From Desulfomonilia bacterium (lineage in GTDB: Bacteria; Desulfobacterota; Desulfomonilia; UBA1062), in contig CAXXDQ010000004.1 of NCBI GenBank assembly GCA_963664325.2, positions 480,001 through 544,000 of the forward strand: a stretch of 64,000 bases of DNA, read 5' to 3'. This document shows, piece by piece, positions 8,854-20,087 of this stretch. Under the pieces are notes generated by a model. It had not been told where the DNA came from and searched no databases. It was given only the letters and a program-made list of their open reading frames with translations. The translations under genes and the position numbers were made by a program. The first letter of the stretch is position 1; each line of letters begins with the position of its first letter.

Positions 8854-10617
8854 CTAATACTGTGACTGGAACACTTTCATGGTGTCCGATCCCTTGCCGT
8901 CAGCGGTTGCGAATCTTATGTATGCGGTGCGGCTTGCATTGGTGTCATTCGGGTCGACCGTGATGTTTATGTGGGGATTATGCTCTGCTCCGCTCGTCTG
9001 CTCCGCCCTGCACCAGGGCTGGTCGCTTGTTGCCGTCCAGCTTCGTGCAACGGACAAGTCTATAGCCCTGGACTGTCCTGCCCTGGTGAACTCCATGTTG
9101 TGGGGTGCCACCAGCAGCGGCGGGAATGGCAGAGGAACCGGTGCTTGCCAGGACCAGGAATATTTTATGTTAATTGGATCAGTAAAAAACCCAAAGATTA
9201 TCAAAGCGCCGACTCTAGTCTGGACCAGACTTGCGTCGAATCGGGAGTTGAACCAGTTTTTGTCAGAATCGCGAATGGCTGGCGAGAACTTCCATATCCA
9301 CTGGTTAACAGGCTGGAAGGTGGTACGTGAGAGTATCGTAGGCTCATTCATTATGGCGCGAATGAAATGGTTATTCTGCGTGGCTTTCTTGAATTCATAT
9401 TTCCAGGTGGCGTCGTTGACTTGAGAACCGGAATTGTTGATGACCTCACAGTCCTTGACTTTGAAGGTTCTCGAGTTGGTAATGGTGACACCGGCGCTCA
9501 GTTCGGCGGATACCCCTTTGCCTTGCGCATATCCCACCTTGCCTCCAATGTTGGTAACTATACCGCTTGTGACAGTCTCCTCATTGTTTGCATTCTCGGG
9601 TTTTGGCTGTTGCAGGGTAACACCGCTTCCTCCAGATGTCAGGCCCTCCATCCAGTTTGACATGATGTAGCTATCCGCATAATATCCAACGTTGTTGTTT
9701 TGCCAGCCGGTTATATTGGGGTCATCATATATTCCCCTATACGCTCCTGATGCGTTAAGCAGCCCTTCCTGACGCACATAGAACCAGTCATAATCAACTG
9801 AATCGGCTGCATTGAATGAATGGCAGGAATAGATGAAGTAGGTGATCTGATAATTATTTCCATGGAAGGTGTAGTTTACTGTGTGACTGTATTCCTTTGA
9901 AATCTTGGTCAGTTCCGAACTATCGTCCTCGATGCCTGCCTTAAGGATTTTTTTCGCCTGTTCACTGTATGCATCCGACTCTGCAGTATCCCTGCTGGTG
10001 TCTTCCTTGAACCAGTCAAGAAAGAGTTCCGACCTGTCGAACTGATCTTCATCACTGTCATCGTAGATTTCCAAAGGCGGCTCACCTGCATCTGTTGACT
10101 GTACTTCTCCATCCATGGGCGGATATGTGGCCCATGTGAAAATGTCGCCATCTGCTTCCTGGTCAACGCAGAACAGCTCGGCATATTGCTTGTCTTCAGG
10201 CAAGCCCTCAGGCAGAAAATAGTTCTGTTCAAGTCCGAGGATGTCTAGCAATGCGTTTATTTCAGTTGCCCCGCCTTGTAAAAGTGTAATTGGCTGATTG
10301 TTGAGGAAAGAGTCCAGTATTCCTTTCTGCTGTTCAGCAGTCAGGAATTGTATGCTGTTTGCATCGATAAAAATCGGCTTGTCCGCGGATGATCCATCAT
10401 AAGGGACGCTATTTATGAAAATAGCCTCGATATCATCAGAAAGAACGCCGCTAAGGTCTCCGATATAGGCTACCTCGCCGTTATATACATTGTGTTCCGT
10501 GTGTTCCGGCCCGGAATTTTCTGAACTGTTGCTGCAGCCCGAAATGGCGAATGCCGCAATCAGTGAGAGTATCGCAGATATCTGCAAAAACAGACTTTTT
10601 GATTTCCCCGATTTCAT
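8854..10617 (-). CDS. Lipoprotein with leukocidin/hemolysin-like beta-pore-forming domain and C-terminal BACON domain
   Basis: Lipobox ISGC; P.N.N.EETVTSG...IGGKVG...SAGVTITNSRTF.VKD..V.N.S and S..TFQP..QWIW; BACON-like W.ATSDQPW...ITVDPN.T..SRTA.I.F...KV.Q. Confidence 0.65.
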   Translation of the reverse strand: MKSGKSKSLFLQISAILSLIAAFAISGCSNSSENSGPEHTEHNVYNGEVAYIGDLSGVLSDDIEAIFINSVPYDGSSADKPIFIDANSIQFLTAEQQKGILDSFLNNQPITLLQGGATEINALLDILGLEQNYFLPEGLPEDKQYAELFCVDQEADGDIFTWATYPPMDGEVQSTDAGEPPLEIYDDSDEDQFDRSELFLDWFKEDTSRDTAESDAYSEQAKKILKAGIEDDSSELTKISKEYSHTVNYTFHGNNYQITYFIYSCHSFNAADSVDYDWFYVRQEGLLNASGAYRGIYDDPNITGWQNNNVGYYADSYIMSNWMEGLTSGGSGVTLQQPKPENANNEETVTSGIVTNIGGKVGYAQGKGVSAELSAGVTITNSRTFKVKDCEVINNSGSQVNDATWKYEFKKATQNNHFIRAIMNEPTILSRTTFQPVNQWIWKFSPAIRDSDKNWFNSRFDASLVQTRVGALIIFGFFTDPINIKYSWSWQAPVPLPFPPLLVAPHNMEFTRAGQSRAIDLSVARSWTATSDQPWCRAEQTSGAEHNPHINITVDPNDTNASRTAYIRFATADGKGSDTMKVFQSQY

Positions 10618-10897
10618 CGTAGCCGCTCCTTTTAAATTTTGAAGTTATTGAATGAATAATTTATCGGCAATTATTTAAAACACATAAGTACTGAAATTTT
10701 AATTATATTAGTAGAATTAGCAGGATCGCCTATTAAAAGACACATGTCGTCCCCCGAAGGGGACATGTTTTTCCGGGTTTTTTCCACGCCTTCCAGGACG
10801 CCCGGTAATACCCTCATCACCGCGCCATCAGCGCGAACACCCCATCCCTGTATTCACGGGTGTAAGTGGCATAGCGAACGGGTTCCGAGGTCAGTTG

Positions 10898-11048
10898 GCC
10901 TTGATCGAATGGTTTTAAGGGAGACCTGGAATTCGTTACCGGAAGTAATTAGCAAACACTCAAAGGTGTCAGGCCTTTAATCTTGACTATACACCAAAAT
11001 ATCAAAGATAAAGGCCTGACACCTTGGTTATTTTACCATTGGTAACAT
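10898..11048. promoter_or_regulatory. Diverged copy 2 of the 5502-5587 regulatory region, interrupted by a family B element
   Basis: Colinear similarity to copy 1 and an exact 16-mer TTACCATTGGTAACAT at 5572 and 11033. Confidence 0.75.
10963..11025. repeat. REP-like palindromic element, family B (63 bp)
   Basis: Perfect 17-bp inverted repeats AAGGTGTCAGGCCTTTA / TAAAGGCCTGACACCTT. Confidence 0.85.
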
Positions 11049-11051
11049 AGA

Positions 11052-11110
11052 GGATAACGCCGCGGATCAGGACAGAGTTTTACGACACGCCGGCATCCGT
11101 TTTGTTATGC
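11052..11110 (-). mobile_element. attC-like site (59 bp)
   Basis: Minus strand GCATAAC...CGGATGC/GATCCG...GTTATCC: R'', L''/L' with an extra base, R'; overlaps the gene 3' end. Confidence 0.6.
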
Positions 11111-11649
11111 TGCTTTCTTAATTGCGCTTTGATTTGCATAAACTGATCAAGCTTGCCTTCACCTTTAGACCATCTTTCAATTTCTTCCATGTCAACTTTG
11201 TTGTTTTGTGCAACAAGGATCGCCTGAGCGAGACATTGCCCGTCATTCCAATGGAAGTATCCTGCAAGGCGGTCTTTGACGCAATCTGTCGGGGAGATTA
11301 TTTTAAGAACGCCTGTGGATTTTTTGAGCTCACGAATATACTTAACGGGTTCTTCTCCCACGGAAGGAGGTCCCTGAGGAAATTCCACAAATAATTTTGT
11401 GCCGGGATGCTTGAAATAGCGTCCATCCTCCAAAAACCCGATTTCTTCCATTGCATCGCGAATTAATTTTCGTCTGGGTTTCATAAGGGAGATGTGAATC
11501 AAGTCAAGATCCAAGGATTCGTATTTGTTCAGGCTGTAAATCGATACGCATGCACCGCCGCTGAGGACCGTATCAATTCCTTTGCTGCGCAGGTGTTCCT
11601 GAACAAAGGCGGCCAGTTCCGCCCTGGACATGTTTGCAATTGATTTCAA
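11080..11649 (-). CDS. Nucleotidyltransferase-fold protein (AbiEii/DUF6036-like, probable TA toxin)
   Basis: VLSGGACVSIY...YESLDLDL motif; coupled to the upstream wHTH gene. Confidence 0.65.
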   Translation of the reverse strand: MKSIANMSRAELAAFVQEHLRSKGIDTVLSGGACVSIYSLNKYESLDLDLIHISLMKPRRKLIRDAMEEIGFLEDGRYFKHPGTKLFVEFPQGPPSVGEEPVKYIRELKKSTGVLKIISPTDCVKDRLAGYFHWNDGQCLAQAILVAQNNKVDMEEIERWSKGEGKLDQFMQIKAQLRKQHNKTDAGVS

Positions 11650-11975
11650 AGGGGCTTATCCCGCTTTCTCGGTCTGCGCCTGTTCATAATGAGTTGCTTC
11701 TTTAAATCATCCGGACAGAAAGTCATGACTTTTTCAAGAAGGGCTTTGAGCTCTTTTATAAAAGGGCAACGCGAGTTGAATGAATACAGCCGTGTTTTGC
11801 CGGCTGCGCGGCTGACAAGTATTCCTCCGGCTTCCAGTTTATCCAGTTGATTTCGGATAGGTCTGTAATCAACACCGTAGAAACGGGAAATTTCCCGCGG
11901 ATAACCCTCATTTCGTGCAAACAGGAACAGCAGGACCTGTTCGCAGCTTGTTGACCCGAGCAGCATCTCTATCAT
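11646..11975 (-). CDS. Winged-helix (ArsR-like) regulator/antitoxin
   Basis: GY.REI.R......IRNQL.KLE.GGILVSR..GKTRLY.FN. Confidence 0.75.
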   Translation of the reverse strand: MIEMLLGSTSCEQVLLFLFARNEGYPREISRFYGVDYRPIRNQLDKLEAGGILVSRAAGKTRLYSFNSRCPFIKELKALLEKVMTFCPDDLKKQLIMNRRRPRKRDKPL

Positions 11976-11995
11976 TTAGAATCTCCGGTTGTTTT

Positions 11996-12037
11996 ATGAT
12001 GCAATAATTGCATCATATGATGTATATAATGCATCAT
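11996..12037. promoter_or_regulatory. Two tandem 21-bp palindromic operators
   Basis: ATGATGCAATAATTGCATCAT and ATGATGTATATAATGCATCAT upstream of the wHTH gene. Confidence 0.75.
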
Positions 12038-12067
12038 TCCAAAGAATGTTGCAAGATTTTTTCTTAA

Positions 12068-12119
12068 GTGTAACACCTGGACTCAGCGGGCGGCAAAGAC
12101 GACCCGGCGGATTGTTCGG

Positions 12120-12125
<6 letters not shown>
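12068..12125 (-). mobile_element. attC-like site (58 bp)
   Basis: GTCTAAC (contains the stop of 12120-13484) ... CGGG/CCCG hairpin ... GTTACAC. Confidence 0.5.
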
Positions 12126-13484
<1,359 letters not shown>

Positions 13485-13947
13485 ATCATTTTCCCGGGGT
13501 TCTGGATGTCCGGCTGATCATTCAAAATAGAGTCCCGCCAGCCGGTGTCCGTTTGTTATTTCAGCCGCCTTGCTGCCAGGAAACATCCTGATAATTCATC
13601 CGGGAATCCGTTGGCCCAGGCAACTTGCAAGACAATTTATTTATATCATAACAGCTGAATAAACAATATGGTTAATTATACCCGCGCCTTTAAACAAACA
13701 CGGGCGCACCCGGTGCGGATGAACGGAAACAGATATGAGGTCCTGGCGGAAATGCCAGATATTGGGATGGAGCCCTCCGGTTCGCGTTCCTTTTATTGTA
13801 CTTATGCATCTTCAGATATTGCCGATAATTTCAGTATAAATACAAAGCCAGCAAGGATGCCGAAGAATGCAAAAACGAGAAGAGCGGCATACTCTTTTTT
13901 CGGTATATATATCTTCTCCTGAACAAAAGGATACGAGGCAACTGTGT

Positions 13948-15195
13948 ATGAAAAACATAATCAGGAATAACATCTGTTTGATACTGCTTTTACTTGTCAT
14001 TACGGCATGTGCGAACAGCAGCAACCCTTCCCCCGATAAATATGAAGGTGGGACGAAGCATGTTTACGACTATGTTCCTGTCGTAGTGCTTGAGGGAAGC
14101 TGGCAGCAGATGGGCCGGCAGTACGGCTACCTGCTGGCGGACGATATCCGTGCCGTGTACAATCTGGTGGCTCCCTACAGGGATAAGTTCAACCTGGGTT
14201 GCGGCAAGGTAAACAGCGATATCATCGAAGATTTCTACCAGTCGTATCCTGAAAAGTTCAAGGATTTTTTCAAGGGCGTGTCTGAGACTTCCGGACTTAC
14301 ACTGGAAGAGCTCAAGGTCGCCAACTCGCTCGAAATAGTCCTGATGTTCGGGTCGCATATCTACAATACGCGCTGTTCTGGCCTGAGCGCTTGGGGAGGC
14401 TACGCCCCAGCCGGCAAGGTTGTTTACGGACGCAACTATGACTACAATACAGAGTTTTTGCCGCTCAACGACCATATAGTCGTAACGGTTTTTCACCCGG
14501 ACAACGGCGATATCCCGTTCGCCATGTATACATGGGCGGGCTGCATCTATGCCTCCTCGGGAATCAACCAAAAGGGAATCTTTGTCGAAGAGAACGACTG
14601 TTCCCCGCACGACAAGCTGGCGGCAGGCTTTTATATTACGGACAACCACTACAACATGAAAAACTGGGTGAAAGACGACGCAAAGCTCATGTCGATGCTT
14701 GCCTCCTGCAGTACCATGGCTGAAGCGGATGCCTGGATGAAAGCGAACCTGCCCGATTATCCCCACAATATCGGGATTGCCGACAAAAACGAGGCGCGCT
14801 CCTACCAGTGGAACATTTCAGAACGGGTCCCCCATGCGCCGTATGTGCGCCAGGAAGACGGGCTCATGGCGCAGACCAACCACTATGATGTTATCCCTGA
14901 AGGCTGGGATCTGGCGCCTTACGTTGAGCAGACCGAATCAGGCTCAACCGTTCCGGGCGGCAGCATACCGCGGCTTGAGCATTTGCTGAACCTGGCGGCG
15001 CAGAACAGGGGAAGCATTGACGTGCAGAAGATGTGCGACATCATGGATGTCCCGTTCGATGACGGAGGCGCTACGGTTGACGGCACCCTTTATCAGATCG
15101 TCTGCGAGCCCGAGACCTTCACCTTTAAAATTAAAACAAAGGGAAAACCGGACCGCTGGGTGGATATTCCCCTGGCAACATTGCTATTCAGATAA
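13948..15195 (+). CDS. Peptidase C45/acyl-CoA:6-APA acyltransferase family lipoprotein (Ntn hydrolase)
   Basis: Lipobox ITAC; G..MG.QYG; RCSG nucleophile, GRNYDY, SGIN.KG, QTNHY. Confidence 0.85.
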   Translation: MKNIIRNNICLILLLLVITACANSSNPSPDKYEGGTKHVYDYVPVVVLEGSWQQMGRQYGYLLADDIRAVYNLVAPYRDKFNLGCGKVNSDIIEDFYQSYPEKFKDFFKGVSETSGLTLEELKVANSLEIVLMFGSHIYNTRCSGLSAWGGYAPAGKVVYGRNYDYNTEFLPLNDHIVVTVFHPDNGDIPFAMYTWAGCIYASSGINQKGIFVEENDCSPHDKLAAGFYITDNHYNMKNWVKDDAKLMSMLASCSTMAEADAWMKANLPDYPHNIGIADKNEARSYQWNISERVPHAPYVRQEDGLMAQTNHYDVIPEGWDLAPYVEQTESGSTVPGGSIPRLEHLLNLAAQNRGSIDVQKMCDIMDVPFDDGGATVDGTLYQIVCEPETFTFKIKTKGKPDRWVDIPLATLLFR

Positions 15196-15481
15196 TTGAT
15201 TTTGAAAAGGCAATCAGAACCCGGCAGACCAGTAAAATTAACAGCGAGTTCCCGGAATACCGTGCGCTAAAAAGATCATACACAAAATATTCACCAGACA
15301 GGCAGCAGTCAATGCGAATAAGGCGACATGGTTGTTAAGGCCTGCATTTTATGTCATGTAAACAGTTGAAGGCGGGGAGGCCGCTGTAAAAAATATATTT
15401 TAAGGCGGTCCAGTTTAATCGGTTAAAGCAGCATGTGATGAAAGCCTTGCTGACACTCATACAAAGTGCGGGAGAAAATCA

Positions 15482-16033
15482 ATGAATGAATTCAATCCGG
15501 ATACCTACTGCGGAATCTACTGCGGTGCGTGCTCGATAGAAATGTACGGAGAAACGGGCCGCGCTGACGGGTTCGCCGCCTGTCTGGGAAGCGTGCCCCG
15601 GGAGGACCTCGCCTGCAGCGGATGCAAATCCGACACCGTCTACGCTGGTTGCAGCACGTGCAGCCTCCGCTATTGCGCCCGTGAAAAGAACGTCGAACAC
15701 TGTATCGAATGCGCCGATTACCCGTGCAAAATGTACAGCAGGTGGCAATCGGCGGCAAAGTTCCTCCCGCACGCCCGCGAGGCTGTATCCAGCCTGGAGG
15801 CGATTAAACATGACGGTGCTGCCTCCTGGCTCGCTGCGCAGAAAAAGCGCTGGTCGTGCCCGGACTGCGGCGCGCCGTTTTCGTGGTATGCGCCCGCATG
15901 CAACAGTTGCGGCCGCAGCCTGGAGTCCCAGGCACACAGGTTGTCCGGCTGGAGGAAACTCCTGTGCCGGCTGATAATTCCAATGGTGTACCGGAAAGGA
16001 AAGGCTAAAAGTCAGGCTGGAGCCCTGCCCTGA
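15482..16033 (+). CDS. DUF3795-like Cys-rich protein
   Basis: YCG.YCG.C...C.GC...C..R.C...K.V.HC.EC..YPC; C-terminal CPDCG/CNSCG. Confidence 0.8.
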   Translation: MNEFNPDTYCGIYCGACSIEMYGETGRADGFAACLGSVPREDLACSGCKSDTVYAGCSTCSLRYCAREKNVEHCIECADYPCKMYSRWQSAAKFLPHAREAVSSLEAIKHDGAASWLAAQKKRWSCPDCGAPFSWYAPACNSCGRSLESQAHRLSGWRKLLCRLIIPMVYRKGKAKSQAGALP

Positions 16034-16132
16034 TCCCGGCACCCGCTGGGACCGGTTGGCTGTTTGAACTGCTTCGGTAAGTCCAACAGGAATCCTGTCA
16101 AAACAGTGCCGGGTTTTGCGCCCGGCGCCGGT

Positions 16133-17470
16133 TTATTCCTTCATCATCAATTCGGCACGCTTTTTCAGGGTCTCATTCAAAGCGGCTTCATCACGGGGGA
16201 ACGTGCGGACCGCGATAAGTATGATAAGCCCGCATATAACCCAGAAGAAGTTTGCGATATTAAACGCCACATTGCGTCCGAGCACGCTTATGAAAAGGCT
16301 TATGACTACGGGCCCGAAGCCTTTCCCCAGCGCATCGACAAGGTTATAAAGAGAAAACAGCGAACCGCGCGTCTCAGGCGTGTTGACGTTCAGCGCCAAT
16401 ACATTTACGTTAACGCCGGTCAGGGAATTGGTGAATCCCGCAAGCGCGGCAAAGATCAGCGGCGGCACCAGAGTCGGGTTTGAAACCCCGGCCTGGCTTG
16501 GGTAGTTCAGAAGGAATGCGGTCGGAATCGTGCCTGCAATTGCGGCAAGCCCTGCAAAAAGAGGCATGTACTTTGAGCTTTTATTGTAAAACCAGTTTCC
16601 GATAATGCCGCCGGCAAATCCGCCTAGTATGCAGCACGCGCCTGCCACCATGACGATCACCGTCGCCGACTCGACGGAAAACCCCTTGTCCTGGGCGAAA
16701 TAATCATTCAGGAATATGAAGAACACACCCCAGGGAATGCAGCCCGGCACGCCCTGTATGAATACGATAATGTTGGTTTTTATCTTGAAGAGTTCCTTGT
16801 AAACAGACCAGTTTATTTTGCCTGTATAGGCATGGCCGCTCTCAATAAGCTCTTTGAGGCTGTCTTCGGTTATGCCCCGCGCAGGCTCCCTCACTGCAAG
16901 CCAGAACAGAAAGATCATAACCAGATTGGGCAGGGCCACGATTATAAACGGCAGCCTCCATCCGTATTCCGGACCGACAAATCCGGCGATCAGCTGCCCT
17001 ATGGCAACCCCCATCCCCTGCGAGAATGCGACTACTGCGCTTGCGATCGCACGGTTCTTGTGCGTGAAGAAGTCTCCGATCAGGGAAAAGGTCAGGGGCA
17101 TGATGCCGCCGATACCTATGCCCGTGAGCGCCCTCATCCAGAAGAGCTCGGTGTAATTCCTTGCGAACCCGGTCATGAAGCAGGGGATGCTGCCCACCAG
17201 CACGGTTGCTATAAACAGCTTCTTCCTTGAAAACCTGTCCGTGAGCCAGCCTATTCCCAGCGTGATGACGGCCCCCAGCACCCAGAAGACAAAAGATATG
17301 TTGCCCCCCAGTTTCACGTCGCGCTCTATATCGTTAAATCCGAATTCATGGGCGATTTGAGTAAGGTTCGGGGCCATCAGATTCTGGTCTGCAAAAAGGA
17401 AAAGGTTGATTACTGCAAGCAGAATAACCGCGAAAAGCTCTTTTTTGCCTAAAGATATCTTTTTATCCAT
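16133..17470 (-). CDS. MFS transporter
   Basis: GWLTDRFSRK motif A, R.L.G.G.GG, ~12 TM. Confidence 0.92.
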   Translation of the reverse strand: MDKKISLGKKELFAVILLAVINLFLFADQNLMAPNLTQIAHEFGFNDIERDVKLGGNISFVFWVLGAVITLGIGWLTDRFSRKKLFIATVLVGSIPCFMTGFARNYTELFWMRALTGIGIGGIMPLTFSLIGDFFTHKNRAIASAVVAFSQGMGVAIGQLIAGFVGPEYGWRLPFIIVALPNLVMIFLFWLAVREPARGITEDSLKELIESGHAYTGKINWSVYKELFKIKTNIIVFIQGVPGCIPWGVFFIFLNDYFAQDKGFSVESATVIVMVAGACCILGGFAGGIIGNWFYNKSSKYMPLFAGLAAIAGTIPTAFLLNYPSQAGVSNPTLVPPLIFAALAGFTNSLTGVNVNVLALNVNTPETRGSLFSLYNLVDALGKGFGPVVISLFISVLGRNVAFNIANFFWVICGLIILIAVRTFPRDEAALNETLKKRAELMMKE

Positions 17471-17836
17471 TTATGAAATCTCCTTGTGAGTTTCACAACT
17501 GCTTCCTTTCATTATAACGGAAAATGCTTAAAGAGGAAGATGTTCATTTGAGATATGCATATTCAGGCAGCCTGGGAAAAACGCGTCTTTCGCGGCAAAT
17601 AATTATTTGAATGACCGGGTTATGCGGTAGAAATGCCATATGCAGGTAGAGAAACAAGCAATACAGATATACGACCTTTTTCCAGATGCGGACTGGGAGG
17701 TCCTTGAACCGGCTTCCTGTGATCACGATATTTCTGTAATCAGGGATTACAGCCTTTTTTCCGACGCGCGATATCGAATATGCGGTGCATGCCGAGATAT
17801 ACAAAAATTCCCGGTTTAGTACTGCCGGAATTACGC

Positions 17837-19585
17837 TTAGTTTAACTTCAATAAATGTATCTTAGACTCGTTTTGCATGTCCCATGGGTTATCCGTAACG
17901 CAAATAAGTCCCGTGCTGCCATCAGGCATGATGAAGATACTTTTCGGGCTATATTTTTTTAATTCATCATTTACATATGACTGGTAAAGAATATCGCCGG
18001 TTTTGTCTGTTTTAAAAACATGTGCGCTTTTCAGAAAGTACGGACTTGATGCGAAAACGAGATCTTCATTGGCTGTTTGAGTTATGTATGATTTTCCATG
18101 CAAATTATTTCCGATAATCTTATATGAAGCAACTTGTCCATTATTCGAAACCCATGTTATTTTACCGGTTTCCTCATTAAAATTTGATAAGCTGACATTC
18201 TCAACCCTTTGCCAGCCTGCAAGAATCATATTCCCGTCAGCGCTTTCAAATATCGAGGTAATGTTTTCATCCTTATTGAGAATCCAATTGTTTTCCAGCA
18301 CCAAGGTTCCTTGCAAATCCAGTTTGAAATAGTAATCATTAAAGAAGCTGTCCCAACCGCCGTTATCCAGGCCTTTTCTGGCGCCGCCTGCTGAAACAAG
18401 ACAGCCATCGCCTGACTGTATGATTGAAAAAGGCTCTTCTATATACAGCCTTTCGCTTTCCCATTCCCATTTCTTGTCCCCATTTCTATCAACCTTTATT
18501 ACCGTCAGACTGTAATCATCAGATATACCTAGAATAAAATCGTGATCCCCTGTTTCAATGACTTCCACGTTATTTTCCGCACCATTTTCTACTAAGCCGA
18601 CAGCTCTTTCCCAAACGACACTTCCCTGTTCATCCGTCTTCACAATATATGCCTGTTTACCGCCTTCAGATCCCGGAATCCCTGAGGAATCGGATATCCC
18701 GGCCGCAATGAATCCTCCGTCCGAGGTTTGTTTGATTGAATAGAAATAATCCATTCCCGTTCCGCCGAAAGGCTTCTCCCATAAAAGGCTGCCGTTTGAA
18801 TCAATTCTTGCCGCATAAGCATCATAGCAAAATCCGGAGGGATTATGATTTGCATGCCTGTTGAAATAATAGCAGGGGAGATTTCCTGCTATGACGAATC
18901 CGCCGTCCTTAGCCGGAGCGCATGCGCTGACTTCAACATAACTGCTTGTCCTGAAGGAAACCGCCGGGACGTGAACCAGCCTTGAATATGAATAGTTAAC
19001 CTGTACGCCAGGTTTGTCTGCGTGGCTGCCTTTGGCCCTGACCTCTATTTCATTCATGCCCGTATCATCGATACCGGGAGTGAAGTCATAGGTCTTTCCT
19101 GTGCCGACCAGTGTTCCGTTAATGTACCACTCATAATTGAAATTCCCTGTTGGATAAACCTGTGCCTCTATCCTGCTTGTCTGTCCGGCCTCGAATACAG
19201 ACCTGCTGTCGGTCATGGTTACGCCCCTGACGATTACTTCCCATTTGGCGTAACCAAGAGCATACAAGCCATCTCCCGGTACATAACCCATTGCCCTGCA
19301 TGAAATATTATTGATCCCGACATACTCCTTTGTCGGGATGAAATATGCCGTTGATCTTTTTAGCGGGCTTGAATATCTTTCAAACATACTGTTGATTTTG
19401 TCTGGAATATCCCATTCAATGTCGCAGAACATCCATGGTTCTGTTGCAACGGTCGTCGCTGAAAAGGCAAGCGGTTCCCCGACATTTATAATGATGGTTT
19501 TATCTGAAGACGGGCTGCTTTTAAAGCATCCGCAGAGTACAGTACAAATCAGAAATAGTGCAATAATCACGCTGATCCGCTTCAT
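17837..19585 (-). CDS. Lipoprotein with Ig-like and beta-propeller repeat domains
   Basis: Lipobox LCGC; YEWYING Ig-like segment; DGGF..AG / D.NG..LWEK repeats. Confidence 0.75.
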   Translation of the reverse strand: MKRISVIIALFLICTVLCGCFKSSPSSDKTIIINVGEPLAFSATTVATEPWMFCDIEWDIPDKINSMFERYSSPLKRSTAYFIPTKEYVGINNISCRAMGYVPGDGLYALGYAKWEVIVRGVTMTDSRSVFEAGQTSRIEAQVYPTGNFNYEWYINGTLVGTGKTYDFTPGIDDTGMNEIEVRAKGSHADKPGVQVNYSYSRLVHVPAVSFRTSSYVEVSACAPAKDGGFVIAGNLPCYYFNRHANHNPSGFCYDAYAARIDSNGSLLWEKPFGGTGMDYFYSIKQTSDGGFIAAGISDSSGIPGSEGGKQAYIVKTDEQGSVVWERAVGLVENGAENNVEVIETGDHDFILGISDDYSLTVIKVDRNGDKKWEWESERLYIEEPFSIIQSGDGCLVSAGGARKGLDNGGWDSFFNDYYFKLDLQGTLVLENNWILNKDENITSIFESADGNMILAGWQRVENVSLSNFNEETGKITWVSNNGQVASYKIIGNNLHGKSYITQTANEDLVFASSPYFLKSAHVFKTDKTGDILYQSYVNDELKKYSPKSIFIMPDGSTGLICVTDNPWDMQNESKIHLLKLN

Positions 19586-19959
19586 GACATTATCCTCCCA
19601 TGAAATCATTATATTTTATTAGCCAGGGAAATTCGTCCGGCTGATTAAATATCCCTCCATCCTGCTAATAATCAAACATGCAACAAGCAAAAAAAGAAAC
19701 ATTAATAATAAAGAAGCCGATATAACATAATACATAATGTTTGAGCTTATTGCTTATGTCAACACAGGTGTTATTAAAAAATTACTTTCCGGTCCTTTCA
19801 GTGTTTCAGCCGTTCGCAATCAGCGAATATGTATCTCTATAATATATGCTGGCGAGGCTGGAATAAATAACCAGCCGATGCGCATGGATTTTTGATATCG
19901 TGTTCTTTTGTAAAGGAAGTTTTTCCAGGTAAGAAATAACGGACCAGACCCTAATCAAC

Positions 19960-20040
19960 TGCGGGTCCGAGACATTCACGATAAAAATCAAGACAAAGGG
20001 CAAACCCTTCCGCGGGTGGATATTCCCCTGTCGAACTTAA
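19960..20040 (+). pseudogene. Fragment of the 3' end of a C45-family gene
   Basis: Similar to 15103-15174 (CCGAGAC.TTCAC...AAAGGG.AAACC...GGGTGGATATTCCCCTG). Confidence 0.7.
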
Positions 20041-20087
20041 CCTTATTTCTGCTTCTTTGCGGAAGCTTCATCTGATATGTAAATCTT

